Below the pieces are notes generated by a model. That model was given only the letters and a program-made list of their open reading frames with translations. It was not told where the DNA came from and did no database searches. Shown here in pieces: positions 1 through 9,800 of a DNA stretch of 48,362 bases. The stretch is from positions 1 to 48,362 of the forward strand of contig CAYRQY010000002.1 of the NCBI GenBank assembly GCA_964426435.1. The letters run 5' to 3'. Source of the stretch: an uncultured Rikenellaceae bacterium. Lineage in GTDB: Bacteria > Bacteroidota > Bacteroidia > Bacteroidales > VadinHA17. Every line of letters begins with the position of its first letter. The stretch's first letter is position 1. Position numbers and translations under genes: made by a program.

Positions 1-1
1 A

Positions 2-457
2 GCCAGTTCAAGGCAGATCAGGTCGATGTTCAGGATTATAGATGAACTGGAAAGCATTGCCGACAGCTGTTTCAATATCATGAAGACCATCAGCAGGAAA
101 AGTGAAACCAGGATAAGCTTCACACACGACCAGCGCGCCAGCATAAACAAGATGCTTGCCCTGGTTGAGGAGGCTTATGCTGTGATGCAGTCCAATATCG
201 AGAAGGATTACAGGGAGGTTACCCTTGAAAAAGCCAGAAAAGCAGAAGAAAAGATCAACAGCCTCAGGGATGATCTGAAGAAGGCCCATCTTAAGAACAT
301 TGAGAAGAAGAAATACTCATACCTGTCGGGGATTTTCTTCAACGACATATATTGTGAGTGTGAAAAGATGGGGGATCATATTATCAATATAACTGAGGCA
401 ATTTATGATATTTACCATCTGTCTGCCCCCGTGCCTTCAGAAGTCCAGCACCTTTAA
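2..457 (+). CDS. Na/Pi cotransporter family protein, C-terminal PhoU-like domain (5' end cut by window edge)
   Basis: The frame is open from nt 2, with no stop before the ATG at 26. The helical K/E-rich sequence (ESIADSCFNI...EKMGDHIINITEAIYDI) resembles the PhoU-like repeat at the C-terminus of NptA-type transporters. Recognised from memory only. Confidence 0.55.
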   Translation, partial: ASSRQIRSMFRIIDELESIADSCFNIMKTISRKSETRISFTHDQRASINKMLALVEEAYAVMQSNIEKDYREVTLEKARKAEEKINSLRDDLKKAHLKNIEKKKYSYLSGIFFNDIYCECEKMGDHIINITEAIYDIYHLSAPVPSEVQHL

Positions 458-465
458 GACTTATC

Positions 466-1350
466 TCAGCCCTTAAGCGCCTCGGCACCGCTGACAACCT
501 CCAGTATCTGGCTTGTGATGTTGGCCTGCCTGGCTTTGTTGTACTGCAGGGTAAGATCACGTATCATCGTGGTTGCATTATCTGTGGCCTGATGCATGGC
601 TGTCATCCTGGCACCATGCTCGGCAACGAATGAGTTAAGCACTGCTCTGTAGAAGTGTATTTTCAGATACCTGGGTATCAGCTCTTCAATTATCTCATTC
701 CTGCCAGGTTCAAGAATATAATCCGGAGGAACTCCCTCCAGTCCGTCATCGGGCAAAATCTCAAACGGAAGATATTGCTCGTTCATGAGGTTCTGGACAG
801 CAGCATTCTTGAACTGGTTGTATATCAAAACGATCTTTCCGAACTCTCCTGCAAGGAAGCTGTTAATGACCATGTCGGCGGCAACGGACACATTTTCAAA
901 CGTCAGGTTGTTCAGAAGATCGTTGTGTTCACCGATTATGCTGAATCCCTGTTTCCGCAGGTTGTCATATCCCTTTTTCCCGATAGTTAAATAGAAGAGC
1001 CTGCCTTCGTTATAATGGCTGTTATACTCTTCTGCGGCCACTCTTCTGGCTTCCCTTATAATGTTTGTGTTAAAGGCTCCGCAAAGTCCCCTGTTGGAAG
1101 TGATCACAACAACAAGTATCTTTTCCGAAGGAGGTTTAATACTATATACACTATTAATTCCGGCTTCCTGCAAGCCCCTGCAGACTGTCATAAGGACCTC
1201 ATGCAATTTGTTTGCATAGGGTCTCAGCATCAGTATCTTATCCTGGGCTTTTCTCAGCTTGGCCGCAGCAACCATTTTCATGGCCGCCGTGATCTGTCTT
1301 GTTGATTTGACAGAAGCAATCCTGATTCTTATTGCCTTTAGGTTCGCCAT
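466..1350 (-). CDS. atpG: F0F1 ATP synthase subunit gamma
   Basis: 294 aa. It has the conserved gamma termini MANLKAIRIRIASVKSTRQITAAMKMVAAAKLRKAQ and ITSQILEVVSGAEAL, and sits directly downstream of atpA. Confidence 0.95.
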   Translation of the reverse strand: MANLKAIRIRIASVKSTRQITAAMKMVAAAKLRKAQDKILMLRPYANKLHEVLMTVCRGLQEAGINSVYSIKPPSEKILVVVITSNRGLCGAFNTNIIREARRVAAEEYNSHYNEGRLFYLTIGKKGYDNLRKQGFSIIGEHNDLLNNLTFENVSVAADMVINSFLAGEFGKIVLIYNQFKNAAVQNLMNEQYLPFEILPDDGLEGVPPDYILEPGRNEIIEELIPRYLKIHFYRAVLNSFVAEHGARMTAMHQATDNATTMIRDLTLQYNKARQANITSQILEVVSGAEALKG

Positions 1351-1385
1351 CTGGTGATCTCCTTATTCTGATGTTACCCTCCCGG

Positions 1386-2966
1386 CTATTGCTGAAATCT
1401 CAGTGATACTTCACCAGCCGCACTCTCCAGCACTGAAAGTATCTTGTCGTTAAGAGTCCCCTCGCGCAGTGAATCAAGCACATCCTGATGCCTGAGTTCG
1501 AGGTACTCTATAAAATCCTTCTCAAAAAGCCTTACCTTGTTTACAGGTACCTTCTTAAGCAGTCCTGCCGTACCACAGTAGATAATGGCAATCTGCTTCT
1601 CCACCGGCACCGGTGCATATTGTCCCTGCTTAAGGATCTCGACGTTCTTCGCTCCCTTGTCGAGAACTGAGAGCGTTGCGGCATCGAGGTCGGAACCGAA
1701 CTTCGAGAATGCCTCCAGTTCACGGTATTGTGCCTGGTCAACCTTTAGTGTCCCGGCAATCCTTTTCATTGCCCTTATCTGGGCATTGCCTCCTACCCTC
1801 GACACTGATATACCCACGTTGATGGCAGGTCTGACACCCGAGTTGAAGAGGCCGGCCTCAAGGAATATCTGGCCGTCGGTGATTGAAATTACATTGGTAG
1901 GGATATAGGCTGCCACGTCGCCGGCCTGTGTCTCAATGATAGGGAGAGCTGTGAGCGATCCTCCTCCCTTAACCATATGTCTGATTGATTCGGGCAGGTC
2001 GTTCATTTTCTGAGCCACCTCGTCCGATTCAATTATTTTGGCTGCCCGTTCGAGGAGCCTTGAGTGGAGATAAAAAACATCCCCGGGGTAGGCTTCGCGT
2101 CCCGGCGGGCGTCTCAGCAGCAGGGAGACCTCCCTGTAGGAGACCGCCTGCTTGGAAAGATCGTCGTATATTATCAGTGCATCGCGGCCGGTATCCCTGA
2201 AAAACTCACCGATAGCGGCACCTGCAAACGGAGCATAGAACTGCGATGCGGCGGGATCGGACGCCGTTGCAAGAACAATTACCGTATAATCCATTGCACC
2301 GTGCTCCTCGAGCGTTCTTGCAATATTGGCAACTGTAGATCCTTTTTGTCCTACACCAACGTAGATGCAGTAAACAGGTTTCCCTTTATCGTAGTTGCTC
2401 TTCTGGTTGATGATTGTATCAACAGCTATTGCAGTCTTTCCGGTCTGCCTGTCACCGATGATAAGTTCTCTCTGCCCCCTTCCTATTGGTATCATGGCGT
2501 CGATGGCCTTTATTCCGGTCTGAAGGGGTTGTTTTACCGGCTGGCGGAAGATAACGCCCGGCGCCTTCCTTTCGAAAGGCATCACATATAGTTCTCCCTC
2601 TACCGGACCTTTACCGTCCAGGGGTTGTCCGGTCGGTGTGATGACTCTTCCCAGGAGTCCTTCGCCGACGGCTATTGAAGCTATACGTCCTGTCCGTTTG
2701 TCTATATCACCTTCATTAATCTCCTCCGACGGGCCAAGGAGAACCACCCCGATATTGTCCTCCTCAAGGTTAAGAACGATAGCCTCCATCCCGTTCTCAA
2801 ACTCAATCAGCTCATTCGATTGTGCATTTGATAATCCGTAAATACGTGCTATTCCGTCTCCAACCTGAAGTACCGTTCCCACTTCTTCCAGTTCTGCTCC
2901 GGTCTGTATCCCCTCCAGCTGCTGCCTGAGGATCCTTGAGACCTCCGCCGGTTTAATGCTTGCCAT
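1386..2966 (-). CDS. atpA: F0F1 ATP synthase subunit alpha
   Basis: 526 aa with Walker A GDRQTGKT. Conservation typical of F1 alpha runs along the whole length ([48 protein letters not shown]). Confidence 0.97.
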   Translation of the reverse strand: MASIKPAEVSRILRQQLEGIQTGAELEEVGTVLQVGDGIARIYGLSNAQSNELIEFENGMEAIVLNLEEDNIGVVLLGPSEEINEGDIDKRTGRIASIAVGEGLLGRVITPTGQPLDGKGPVEGELYVMPFERKAPGVIFRQPVKQPLQTGIKAIDAMIPIGRGQRELIIGDRQTGKTAIAVDTIINQKSNYDKGKPVYCIYVGVGQKGSTVANIARTLEEHGAMDYTVIVLATASDPAASQFYAPFAGAAIGEFFRDTGRDALIIYDDLSKQAVSYREVSLLLRRPPGREAYPGDVFYLHSRLLERAAKIIESDEVAQKMNDLPESIRHMVKGGGSLTALPIIETQAGDVAAYIPTNVISITDGQIFLEAGLFNSGVRPAINVGISVSRVGGNAQIRAMKRIAGTLKVDQAQYRELEAFSKFGSDLDAATLSVLDKGAKNVEILKQGQYAPVPVEKQIAIIYCGTAGLLKKVPVNKVRLFEKDFIEYLELRHQDVLDSLREGTLNDKILSVLESAAGEVSLRFQQ

Positions 2967-3000
2967 TTCTATTTAATTATCTGAAGTTATTATTATTTAC

Positions 3001-3549
3001 TTATTGCAATTTGCCGGTCCCGACCAGCTCCCTTTTTATTTTTCTCAGCTTGTTCCTTACACTGGCATCGATGTAGTTATCGTCCACCCTCAGAATAAAT
3101 CCTCCGATGATCGCCCCGTCTATGTTCTCCCTGAAGTCGACGGATGTATTGAAGAGTGATGATATAAGGCCGGCGATCTGCTTCCTGATTCCATCGTCCA
3201 CTTTCACCGCGGTGGTGAGGTGACACTCGGTAATTCCCTGATGCTTCATCGTCTCGCTTTTGTAGACCCTGGCTATTGCAGGAAGATAATTCTCCCGTCC
3301 ATTGGTGATAACAAGATTGATAAGCGACATTGTGATCTCCTCCACCTTGCCTCTGAAGATCTCACTAAAGACTTTCTTCTTGTCAGAGGGTTTTATTACG
3401 GGATTTTCGAGTATCTCCCTGAACTCAGGCATACTACAGACCTCAGATACGAAACCCATATCGCTGTTCACCCTGTCGGTAATATTCCTTTCGAGTGCCG
3501 ACTGAAAAAGTGCCCTTGCATACCTGACTGATATTTTGCTGTCGTTCAT
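3001..3549 (-). CDS. atpH: F0F1 ATP synthase subunit delta (OSCP)
   Basis: 182 aa, located between atpF and atpA. OSCP-like N-terminus ISVRYARALFQSA. Confidence 0.85.
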   Translation of the reverse strand: MNDSKISVRYARALFQSALERNITDRVNSDMGFVSEVCSMPEFREILENPVIKPSDKKKVFSEIFRGKVEEITMSLINLVITNGRENYLPAIARVYKSETMKHQGITECHLTTAVKVDDGIRKQIAGLISSLFNTSVDFRENIDGAIIGGFILRVDDNYIDASVRNKLRKIKRELVGTGKLQ

Positions 3550-3564
3550 ATTACGGGAACCGCT

Positions 3565-4077
3565 TTAATTCCGTTTGATTTTAACCTCCTCAAGGTAGTT
3601 ATCTATAAGTTTCTCATGCTGCCCCTTCAGTTTAAGCTCCTCTCCAAGGAGTCGCTCTGCGATCTCCACCGAAAGGGTTGCCACCTGCTCACGGATCTCC
3701 AGAAGTGCCTTTGCCTTCTCCTTTTCAATTCCTGTCCGTGCCTTCTCAACCAGTCTTTCTGCTTCCTCTGCCGCTTTCCCTTTTGCTTCTGATATTAACT
3801 TGTCCCTGACCTCCCTGGCTTCCCTGAGGATGCTCTCCCGCTCGTCGCGGGCTTTACGGAGAATTGCTTCATTATCGCTTTGAAGCTTAACCATTTGCCG
3901 GCGGGCATCCTCAGCCGACTGAAGGGAGTCCCTGATCATCTCTTCTCTCTGCTTTATGGCGCTGAGTATTGGTTTCCACCCAAACTTGCGGAGGATAAGG
4001 AAGAAAATCAGGAAAATGAAGGTTGTCCAGAAAACTGTACCAACTTCGGGTGTGATGAGACTGTTTGCCAGTAACAT
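3565..4077 (-). CDS. atpF: F0F1 ATP synthase subunit B
   Basis: 170 aa. One N-terminal TM helix followed by a long charged coiled coil, and the position in the operon fits subunit b. Confidence 0.85.
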   Translation of the reverse strand: MLLANSLITPEVGTVFWTTFIFLIFFLILRKFGWKPILSAIKQREEMIRDSLQSAEDARRQMVKLQSDNEAILRKARDERESILREAREVRDKLISEAKGKAAEEAERLVEKARTGIEKEKAKALLEIREQVATLSVEIAERLLGEELKLKGQHEKLIDNYLEEVKIKRN

Positions 4078-4105
4078 ATATTTTCTTTTTAAGTTTAAAT
4101 TTAAA

Positions 4106-4136
4106 GAGGCCCTGCAACCAATCGTTGCAGGGCCTC
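4106..4136 (-). terminator. Intra-operon stem-loop between atpE and atpF (attenuator or mRNA-stabilising hairpin)
   Basis: Perfect 13-bp inverted repeat GAGGCCCTGCAAC/GTTGCAGGGCCTC with a 5-nt loop. On the transcribed strand it is followed by TTTAAATTTAAAC. Confidence 0.5.
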
Positions 4137-4143
4137 AGTTTTC

Positions 4144-4362
<219 letters not shown>

Positions 4363-4377
4363 TTAAACATAAAACAA

Positions 4378-5439
4378 TCAATGATGCTCTTCCACTGCAA
4401 GGCTTATGAACAGAGCCGAAAGCAGGGTGAATACATATGCCTGGAGAAATGCCACGAGTAATTCGAGGCAATTCATGAATATCACGAAAAGAATAGAAAC
4501 AGGGGCTACAGCCATCGACTTGAAGATGAAGATTATAGCCACCAGGCTCAGCACAATTATATGTCCCGCCGTTATGTTGGCGAAGAGACGGACCATCAGG
4601 GCGAACGGCTTTGCTATCATTCCGATAAACTCGACAGGAATCATGATGGGCAGCAGCCAGAACGGGACACCCGGTGTTGCAAAAATGTGCCTCCAGTAGG
4701 TCTTCGTTCCGTTTACCTGAATAATGACGAAAGTGAAGAGAGCCAGTGTCATGGTGACACCGATATTACCCGTAACATTTGCCCCGAAGGGAGGAGGGAA
4801 CGGGATAAGGCCCATTATGTTATTGATCAGGATGAAGAAGAAGACCGAAAGAAGATAGGGCATGAACTTCATGTATTTGTGATGCCCTATGTTGGGTATT
4901 GCTATATCGTCGCGGACAAAGAGGATGATGGGTTCCAGGAATCCCTGGATTCCTCTTGGATGACTAATTCCCGTTTTTTTATAAGACCTTGATAATGAAA
5001 GAAAAAGCAAAAGGCCGATAAGTGCCGCAAAGAACATGGCGGCAATTGCCTTGGTGATTGAGAAATCGAGAGGAAGGCTCTCTTCGTTTATATGCCCCGC
5101 CTCATCTACTGACACAATCTTTCCGGCCAGATCGCCTTCTGCGCATAACATATATCCGTTATGAACATGCCCATGGGATATCTTTTTTGAAGAGAATGCA
5201 GTGATGCCCTTCTCCCTGCTGTAGAGTATCACTGGGAGATATATGGTTATGTGCTCCCCGTTCTTTCTGGTGGCAATATGCCACTCGTGCGAATCGGCGA
5301 TATGCTCCAGGATAAAATGGCTGGCGTTAAACTCTTCCCCTTCATGTCCCCCGCTTTTTTCACCGGCTGCCTTAACGGGTGATACAATCGCAATAAGCAG
5401 AAAAGTGAAAAAAATAAGTGCCGGTTTGTGCGTTTTCAA
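4378..5439 (-). CDS. atpB: F0F1 ATP synthase subunit A with N-terminal extension
   Basis: 353 aa. The C-terminal half contains RLFANITAGH (the essential Arg motif). The N-terminus is signal-like with a His-rich extension. The start appears to be TTG, with no nearby in-frame ATG. Confidence 0.9.
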   Translation of the reverse strand: MKTHKPALIFFTFLLIAIVSPVKAAGEKSGGHEGEEFNASHFILEHIADSHEWHIATRKNGEHITIYLPVILYSREKGITAFSSKKISHGHVHNGYMLCAEGDLAGKIVSVDEAGHINEESLPLDFSITKAIAAMFFAALIGLLLFLSLSRSYKKTGISHPRGIQGFLEPIILFVRDDIAIPNIGHHKYMKFMPYLLSVFFFILINNIMGLIPFPPPFGANVTGNIGVTMTLALFTFVIIQVNGTKTYWRHIFATPGVPFWLLPIMIPVEFIGMIAKPFALMVRLFANITAGHIIVLSLVAIIFIFKSMAVAPVSILFVIFMNCLELLVAFLQAYVFTLLSALFISLAVEEHH

Positions 5440-5452
5440 ATCGCTGGATGTT

Positions 5453-5839
5453 TTATAATGATTTGTCTTTCAATGAATTCAATACCACAAATATTAAAAA
5501 CAAAGTGAATGCTAAATATAGTACAAAAAATAAAACAACAGAAGCTGTGCCTGTTTTTTTGGCAACAAAGAACCAGATGAGTGCCAGTGCCATCTCAAGA
5601 AGGAATTTAAAGCCCATTGCGACCAGCGAAAAGAATGTCTGGTTGCGTGGTTGTTTTTCAACTCCGATGGCAAACAGTAGAATGCTGAGGTATACTATCA
5701 GTGCGAAAAGTGACGGGAGGATAAGGATTTCAGAGCAGGGAATGCTGATTTTTGCAGCTGCGGTTATTGCATATCCTGCAGCCGTTAACACGATCGTGAT
5801 CAGTATGAGCGGGAGAATATGACTGCGAACTGATTTCAA
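5453..5839 (-). CDS. Hypothetical four-TM membrane protein in AtpI-like operon position
   Basis: 128 aa and almost entirely hydrophobic helices. It is wedged between the AtpZ gene and atpB with gaps of 4 and 13 nt. The start appears to be TTG. Confidence 0.5.
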   Translation of the reverse strand: MKSVRSHILPLILITIVLTAAGYAITAAAKISIPCSEILILPSLFALIVYLSILLFAIGVEKQPRNQTFFSLVAMGFKFLLEMALALIWFFVAKKTGTASVVLFFVLYLAFTLFLIFVVLNSLKDKSL

Positions 5840-5843
5840 GGTG

Positions 5844-6101
5844 TTACTTTTTGATGAAATCCCTTAATGTGGTGTAGAGTGCTGCAAAGACCCCGAAGAG
5901 TGAAAGGATGATCGTAAAGACGGGTGTTTTATTGTTAAAGCGTTGATCAAGCTTAACTCCGCCCCAGGTTGCGATACCTATGATCACGATCATCTGGACC
6001 GCCATGCCCGAGTACTTTGCAAAACTTTGAATGCCGCTACTTTCCCTGTTTTTCTCCTGTTCTTCCGGCTTCTCCTTCCCGGACTGGTGGTGATCCTCCA
6101 T
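5844..6101 (-). CDS. AtpZ/AtpI family protein
   Basis: FAKYSGMAVQMIVIIGIATWGGVKLDQ followed by a second TM helix is the AtpZ-type pattern. The first ATG is at 6101 (the track ORF starts at a GTG at 6110). It overlaps the 3' end of the bactofilin gene. Confidence 0.7.
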   Translation of the reverse strand: MEDHHQSGKEKPEEQEKNRESSGIQSFAKYSGMAVQMIVIIGIATWGGVKLDQRFNNKTPVFTIILSLFGVFAALYTTLRDFIKK

Positions 6102-6477
6102 TGCTTTCACTTTCGGTCATTTTACAATTCCCGGTGAACTGGGCTCCCGGCTCGATAGACAATTTAAAGGTTTCAATATCCCCTGTTATTTTTGAAGAAG
6201 ATTTAAGGTTAAGCAACTGTCCGACACTGATCTTGCCCTCGACTGTACCCGACACTTCTGAATTCCTGCAATAAACCTCACCGTTAATCTTGCCGGTAGT
6301 GCCTATTACCACTTTCCCTTTGGTAGTAAGGCTTCCCGTGAGGGCGCCATCCACTCTGATATCACCGTTTGACCTTACGTCTCCCGTTATTTCTGTTCCG
6401 TTACTGATAAGATTGATAGTCTGGCTGTCCGTGTCGTTTAATTTTCCCATGATTATTGAATTTTTTCGTACAAACAT
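6037..6477 (-). CDS. Bactofilin (polymer-forming cytoskeletal protein)
   Basis: Repetitive beta-helix pattern (EITGDVRSNGDIRVDGALTGSLTTKGKVVIGTTGKINGEVYCRNSEVSGTVEGKISV...) typical of the bactofilin domain. An alternative start is the second ATG at 6450. Confidence 0.8.
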   Translation of the reverse strand: MFVRKNSIIMGKLNDTDSQTINLISNGTEITGDVRSNGDIRVDGALTGSLTTKGKVVIGTTGKINGEVYCRNSEVSGTVEGKISVGQLLNLKSSSKITGDIETFKLSIEPGAQFTGNCKMTESESNGGSPPVREGEAGRTGEKQGK

Positions 6478-6478
6478 A
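6471..6478 (-). promoter_or_regulatory. Candidate Bacteroidota -7 promoter box for the atp operon
   Basis: The minus strand reads TATGTTTG, which matches TAnnTTTG. It overlaps the first ATG of the bactofilin ORF and favours the 6450 start. There is no good -33 TTTG at the canonical spacing. Confidence 0.3.
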
Positions 6479-6543
6479 ATAACTCAAATTTTAAAAACCT
6501 ATTGCGGTTTAAATAAAAAAGGGATTGTTAAGCAGGGGGCTTT

Positions 6544-7542
6544 CTACTTTGGATCGTAGGCCCATTTGAGATACAGCGAGCCCCAGGTGAATCCTCCCCC
6601 GAACGCCGCCAGGATTATCTTGTCTCCCTTCCTCAGCCTCGGCTCATATTCCCACATGCACAGGGGTATTGTTGCCGCGGTGGTATTGCCGTAATTTTCT
6701 ATGTTGACCATCACCTTTTCCGGCGGAAGGCCCACCCGCCTGCCGGTAGCGTCAATAATCCTGAGGTTGGCCTGATGTGGTACAAGCCAGGCTATATCCC
6801 CGGCCTTGAGGTTATTGCGTTCCATTATCTCAGCCGCAATATCAGCCATGCTTGATACGGCGAACTTAAAGACCGCCTGTCCCTCCTGGTATATGAAATG
6901 CTCCTTGGCTTCAATTGTTTCGTGTGAGGCGGGCCTGACTGATCCTCCTGCCTTCAGGTGCAGGTATTTGCGGCCCGATCCGTCAACCCTGAAGATATAA
7001 TCCATTATCCCGGTATCGCCGGTTACAGGCTCAAGAAGGACTGCCCCGGCAGCATCGCCGAAAAGCGGGCATGTTGTTCTGTCTGTATAATCGGTAATTG
7101 CCGACATCTTATCGGCACCCACCACGATCACTTTTCTGAATTTTCCGGTTTCGATAAATGATGCTCCGGTCTGAAGCGCGAAGAGAAAGCCCGAGCAGGC
7201 TGCACCGAGATCAAAGCTGAAAGCGTTCTTTATGCCGACCTTGTCGGAAATGATGTTGGCTGTTGCGGGAAAGGACATGTCGGGTGTGATGGTGGCGCAT
7301 ATCAGCAAGTCAACTTCGTCGGGTGACGTCCCCGTTTTTTCAAGCAGGCCGGCCACCGCCTTTTCTCCAAGGTCTGAAGTGCCAAGTCCCTCTCCTTTAA
7401 GTATGCGTCGCTCTTTTATTCCGACTCTCTGCATTATCCATTCGTCGGAAGTATCAACCATTCTCGACAATTCAGCATTTGTGAGCCTGTATTCGGGGAC
7501 CCATGCATGGATGCCTGTAATTGCGGCCCGTTTCTTTTTCAT
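6544..7542 (-). CDS. fabH: 3-oxoacyl-ACP synthase III
   Basis: 332 aa with the catalytic triad contexts [16 protein letters not shown] and [12 protein letters not shown]. Confidence 0.95.
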   Translation of the reverse strand: MKKKRAAITGIHAWVPEYRLTNAELSRMVDTSDEWIMQRVGIKERRILKGEGLGTSDLGEKAVAGLLEKTGTSPDEVDLLICATITPDMSFPATANIISDKVGIKNAFSFDLGAACSGFLFALQTGASFIETGKFRKVIVVGADKMSAITDYTDRTTCPLFGDAAGAVLLEPVTGDTGIMDYIFRVDGSGRKYLHLKAGGSVRPASHETIEAKEHFIYQEGQAVFKFAVSSMADIAAEIMERNNLKAGDIAWLVPHQANLRIIDATGRRVGLPPEKVMVNIENYGNTTAATIPLCMWEYEPRLRKGDKIILAAFGGGFTWGSLYLKWAYDPK

Positions 7543-7544
7543 AA

Positions 7545-8483
7545 TCAGATTGCTTCTAGAATCCTCCTGGCCAGGTTGGCATGAACAACGTCCCTGGTCT
7601 GCAGTATCATATTCATAATGGCTTTCCGCTGCGATATGCCATGTCCTATAACCACGTTTGCATTGATCCCTATCACCGGTGTTCCCCCAATGTTTTCAAA
7701 GTCGAGGCGGTCGAGAAAGGGATCGTTAAAACCCTTTGACCTGAAAATTGAATGAAAAGCCTCGGTCTGCTTCAGAACGACATTCCCAACGAATCCGTCG
7801 CATACCACAACATCCGTCATACTCTTCTGAAACAGTGAGCTGCCTTCAATATTTCCTGCAAAATTGAGCCCCGGATGTTCTTTCATCAGTTCATGGGCTG
7901 CCTTTACCGCTGCAGTACCCTTCGTTTCCTCCTCTCCTATGTTAAGAAGTCCTACCGAAGGATTTTCTATTCCCAGAACAAATTTCGCATACAGGCTTCC
8001 CAGGATTCCGTACTGTAGAAGGACATCAGGTTTGCAGTCGGGATTTATTCCCACATCGAGGATAACTGAATTGCGGCCGTCGACCGATGGAAGCAGTGTT
8101 GCCAGAGCAGGCCGGAATACACCCGGAATAACATTGACCGTGTAGCTTGCGCCCACCAGCATTGCCCCTGTGTTACCAGCACTGCAGAATCCGTCGATCC
8201 TGCCCTGCTTCAGCAGATTGAAACCAACAGAAATACTTGAGTCCTTCTTCTGCGAGAAAGCCCTTGCAGGATGCTCTCCCATGTCAATGACTTCGGAGGC
8301 ATGGACAATCTCAAAATCATCAGGATCATGTCCTGATGCCTCAAGCTTTGCGATAATCGGCGTCTTATTACCAATAAGCACCAGGTTTTCTCCTTCAGAA
8401 AGATGCTGCAGGGAATCGACTGCACCTTCAACGATTGCATCAGGGGCGTAATCGCCTCCCATGATATCAAGACCAATCTTCAT
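7545..8483 (-). CDS. plsX: Phosphate acyltransferase PlsX
   Basis: 312 aa with N-terminus [14 protein letters not shown]. The rpmF-plsX-fabH order is classical. Confidence 0.95.
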   Translation of the reverse strand: MKIGLDIMGGDYAPDAIVEGAVDSLQHLSEGENLVLIGNKTPIIAKLEASGHDPDDFEIVHASEVIDMGEHPARAFSQKKDSSISVGFNLLKQGRIDGFCSAGNTGAMLVGASYTVNVIPGVFRPALATLLPSVDGRNSVILDVGINPDCKPDVLLQYGILGSLYAKFVLGIENPSVGLLNIGEEETKGTAAVKAAHELMKEHPGLNFAGNIEGSSLFQKSMTDVVVCDGFVGNVVLKQTEAFHSIFRSKGFNDPFLDRLDFENIGGTPVIGINANVVIGHGISQRKAIMNMILQTRDVVHANLARRILEAI

Positions 8484-8505
8484 GATATCGTATAATTAGG
8501 TTAGA

Positions 8506-8691
8506 TCAGGTTGCAGCTTTCTTCTCAACAGCCAGCTTTCCCCTGTAATAGCCGCACTCAGGGCAGACACGGTGATACCTGACCGTCGATCCGCAGTTTG
8601 AACAGGCAGCAACCGTAGGGGGTGTAGCCTTGTCGTGAGTCCTGCGCTTGTCTCTCCTTTGCTTGGAGTGTTTTCTCTTCGGATGTGCCAT
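8506..8691 (-). CDS. rpmF: 50S ribosomal protein L32
   Basis: 61 aa. MAHPKRKHSKQRRDKRR plus a CxxC...CxxC zinc ribbon (CSNCG, CPECG). Confidence 0.95.
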   Translation of the reverse strand: MAHPKRKHSKQRRDKRRTHDKATPPTVAACSNCGSTVRYHRVCPECGYYRGKLAVEKKAAT

Positions 8692-8705
8692 ATCAGATTT
8701 ATTTT

Positions 8706-9227
8706 TTAATTGTCGATCATAAGTTTTTTCAATTCATCCCAGCGGGGATCACCTGAATTCTTTTCTTCTGTTATATGCTCATTAAGTTTCTCCATCATCG
8801 CCGGATCGCATGAGCTTTTCCCGGATTCATCATCGGGATGAAGCCTGCGGATCGGCAGCGCCAGATGTATAAACTCATAGAGGTACTGGCTCAGATTCAG
8901 TTCATGTTCCTCATCGGTTACAATAACAATATCCGGATCGGTATCATCCTTCATCGTACCATGCCTTATGAGGAGCCTGTTGCCGCAGTCGATGCCATAG
9001 TCAAACATCCCCAGACAACGGTCGCAGCAGACAGTTACAACCCCCTTTATCCTTATGTCAAGGCCAATGGTCGATGCAATCTTGTCAGCCGTGACGGTTA
9101 CCGACAGGCTGCCTTCCCTGATCTCCGATTCCTCAAACAACATAAAAAAATCGTTTCCGATCTCAAAATCAAAGGTCTGACATCCGGTCTTAAGGCCGGT
9201 TAACGGTATGGTGTAAGATCCGGACAT
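8706..9227 (-). CDS. yceD: YceD/DUF177 family protein
   Basis: 173 aa, immediately upstream of rpmF as in most bacteria. Acidic, with the central CCDRCL motif. Confidence 0.85.
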   Translation of the reverse strand: MSGSYTIPLTGLKTGCQTFDFEIGNDFFMLFEESEIREGSLSVTVTADKIASTIGLDIRIKGVVTVCCDRCLGMFDYGIDCGNRLLIRHGTMKDDTDPDIVIVTDEEHELNLSQYLYEFIHLALPIRRLHPDDESGKSSCDPAMMEKLNEHITEEKNSGDPRWDELKKLMIDN

Positions 9228-9355
9228 CCTCTTTAATTTTGGTCTGCAAAAATATAAATCCTATTCCAATTAAAAAAATTATCAACAAAAAAGTAACATT
9301 AAGGGAAATAAAAGTTTATGTACCGGCATAAAACCGCAATTCGCCGATTTATTTA

Positions 9356-9385
9356 TTGCTTTAATGGTGCGGTAGATTATTTTTG
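9356..9385 (+). promoter_or_regulatory. Candidate Bacteroidota promoter (TTG-N19-TATTTTTG)
   Basis: TATTTTTG at 9378-9385 matches TAnnTTTG. A partial -33 (aTTG) lies 19 nt upstream. The box ends 23 nt before the ATG at 9409. Confidence 0.35.
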
Positions 9386-9408
9386 AATCAGAATAAACAG
9401 ACAGAGTC

Positions 9409-9789
9409 ATGAAACACAGAGATCATTTCCGCAAGCATCGAGAACATCATCCGAAAGTAAGCTTCGGATTGTTCCTCATCCTTCTTGGCCTGGCGCTCCT
9501 GGTGGCCACGAACGATATGCTTAACCTTGGCAGTATTAAAAGTTACTTCACCTGGCAGACGGCCATGATATTCATAGGTGCGCTTCTGCTGGTGAACCTG
9601 GAATTTACCGGCGGGATACTTCTCGCAGCGGGAGGCACCTGGTTTTTCATTCAGCACTTCTATGATGAGATTCCTGCTCTGGTTAAAACGATTTACTGGC
9701 CTTCGGTGATAGTTCTGATAGGCCTGGGGTTTATAATCTCATCCCTCTTCAAAAAATTTCCGAAACCCGATAATTCATTAAACAAATAA
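9409..9789 (+). CDS. Small membrane protein with LiaF/LiaI-like transmembrane domain
   Basis: 126 aa. A basic His-rich N-terminus is followed by four hydrophobic helices similar to the N-terminus of the next gene. The gap to the next gene is 11 nt. Confidence 0.5.
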   Translation: MKHRDHFRKHREHHPKVSFGLFLILLGLALLVATNDMLNLGSIKSYFTWQTAMIFIGALLLVNLEFTGGILLAAGGTWFFIQHFYDEIPALVKTIYWPSVIVLIGLGFIISSLFKKFPKPDNSLNK

Positions 9790-9800
9790 AACATACTATT

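Noticed and set aside
2064-2591. 175-aa ORF antisense to atpA, plus similar antisense ORFs at 655-990, 1585-1908 and 3220-3531
   Set aside because: They are embedded opposite highly conserved atp genes, have low-complexity or odd composition, and show no recognisable motifs. They are typical shadow ORFs.
9388-9657. 89-aa minus-strand ORF opposite the first LiaF-like gene
   Set aside because: It overlaps a plus-strand ORF with a clear four-helix membrane topology that is coupled to the downstream module. It has no motifs of its own.
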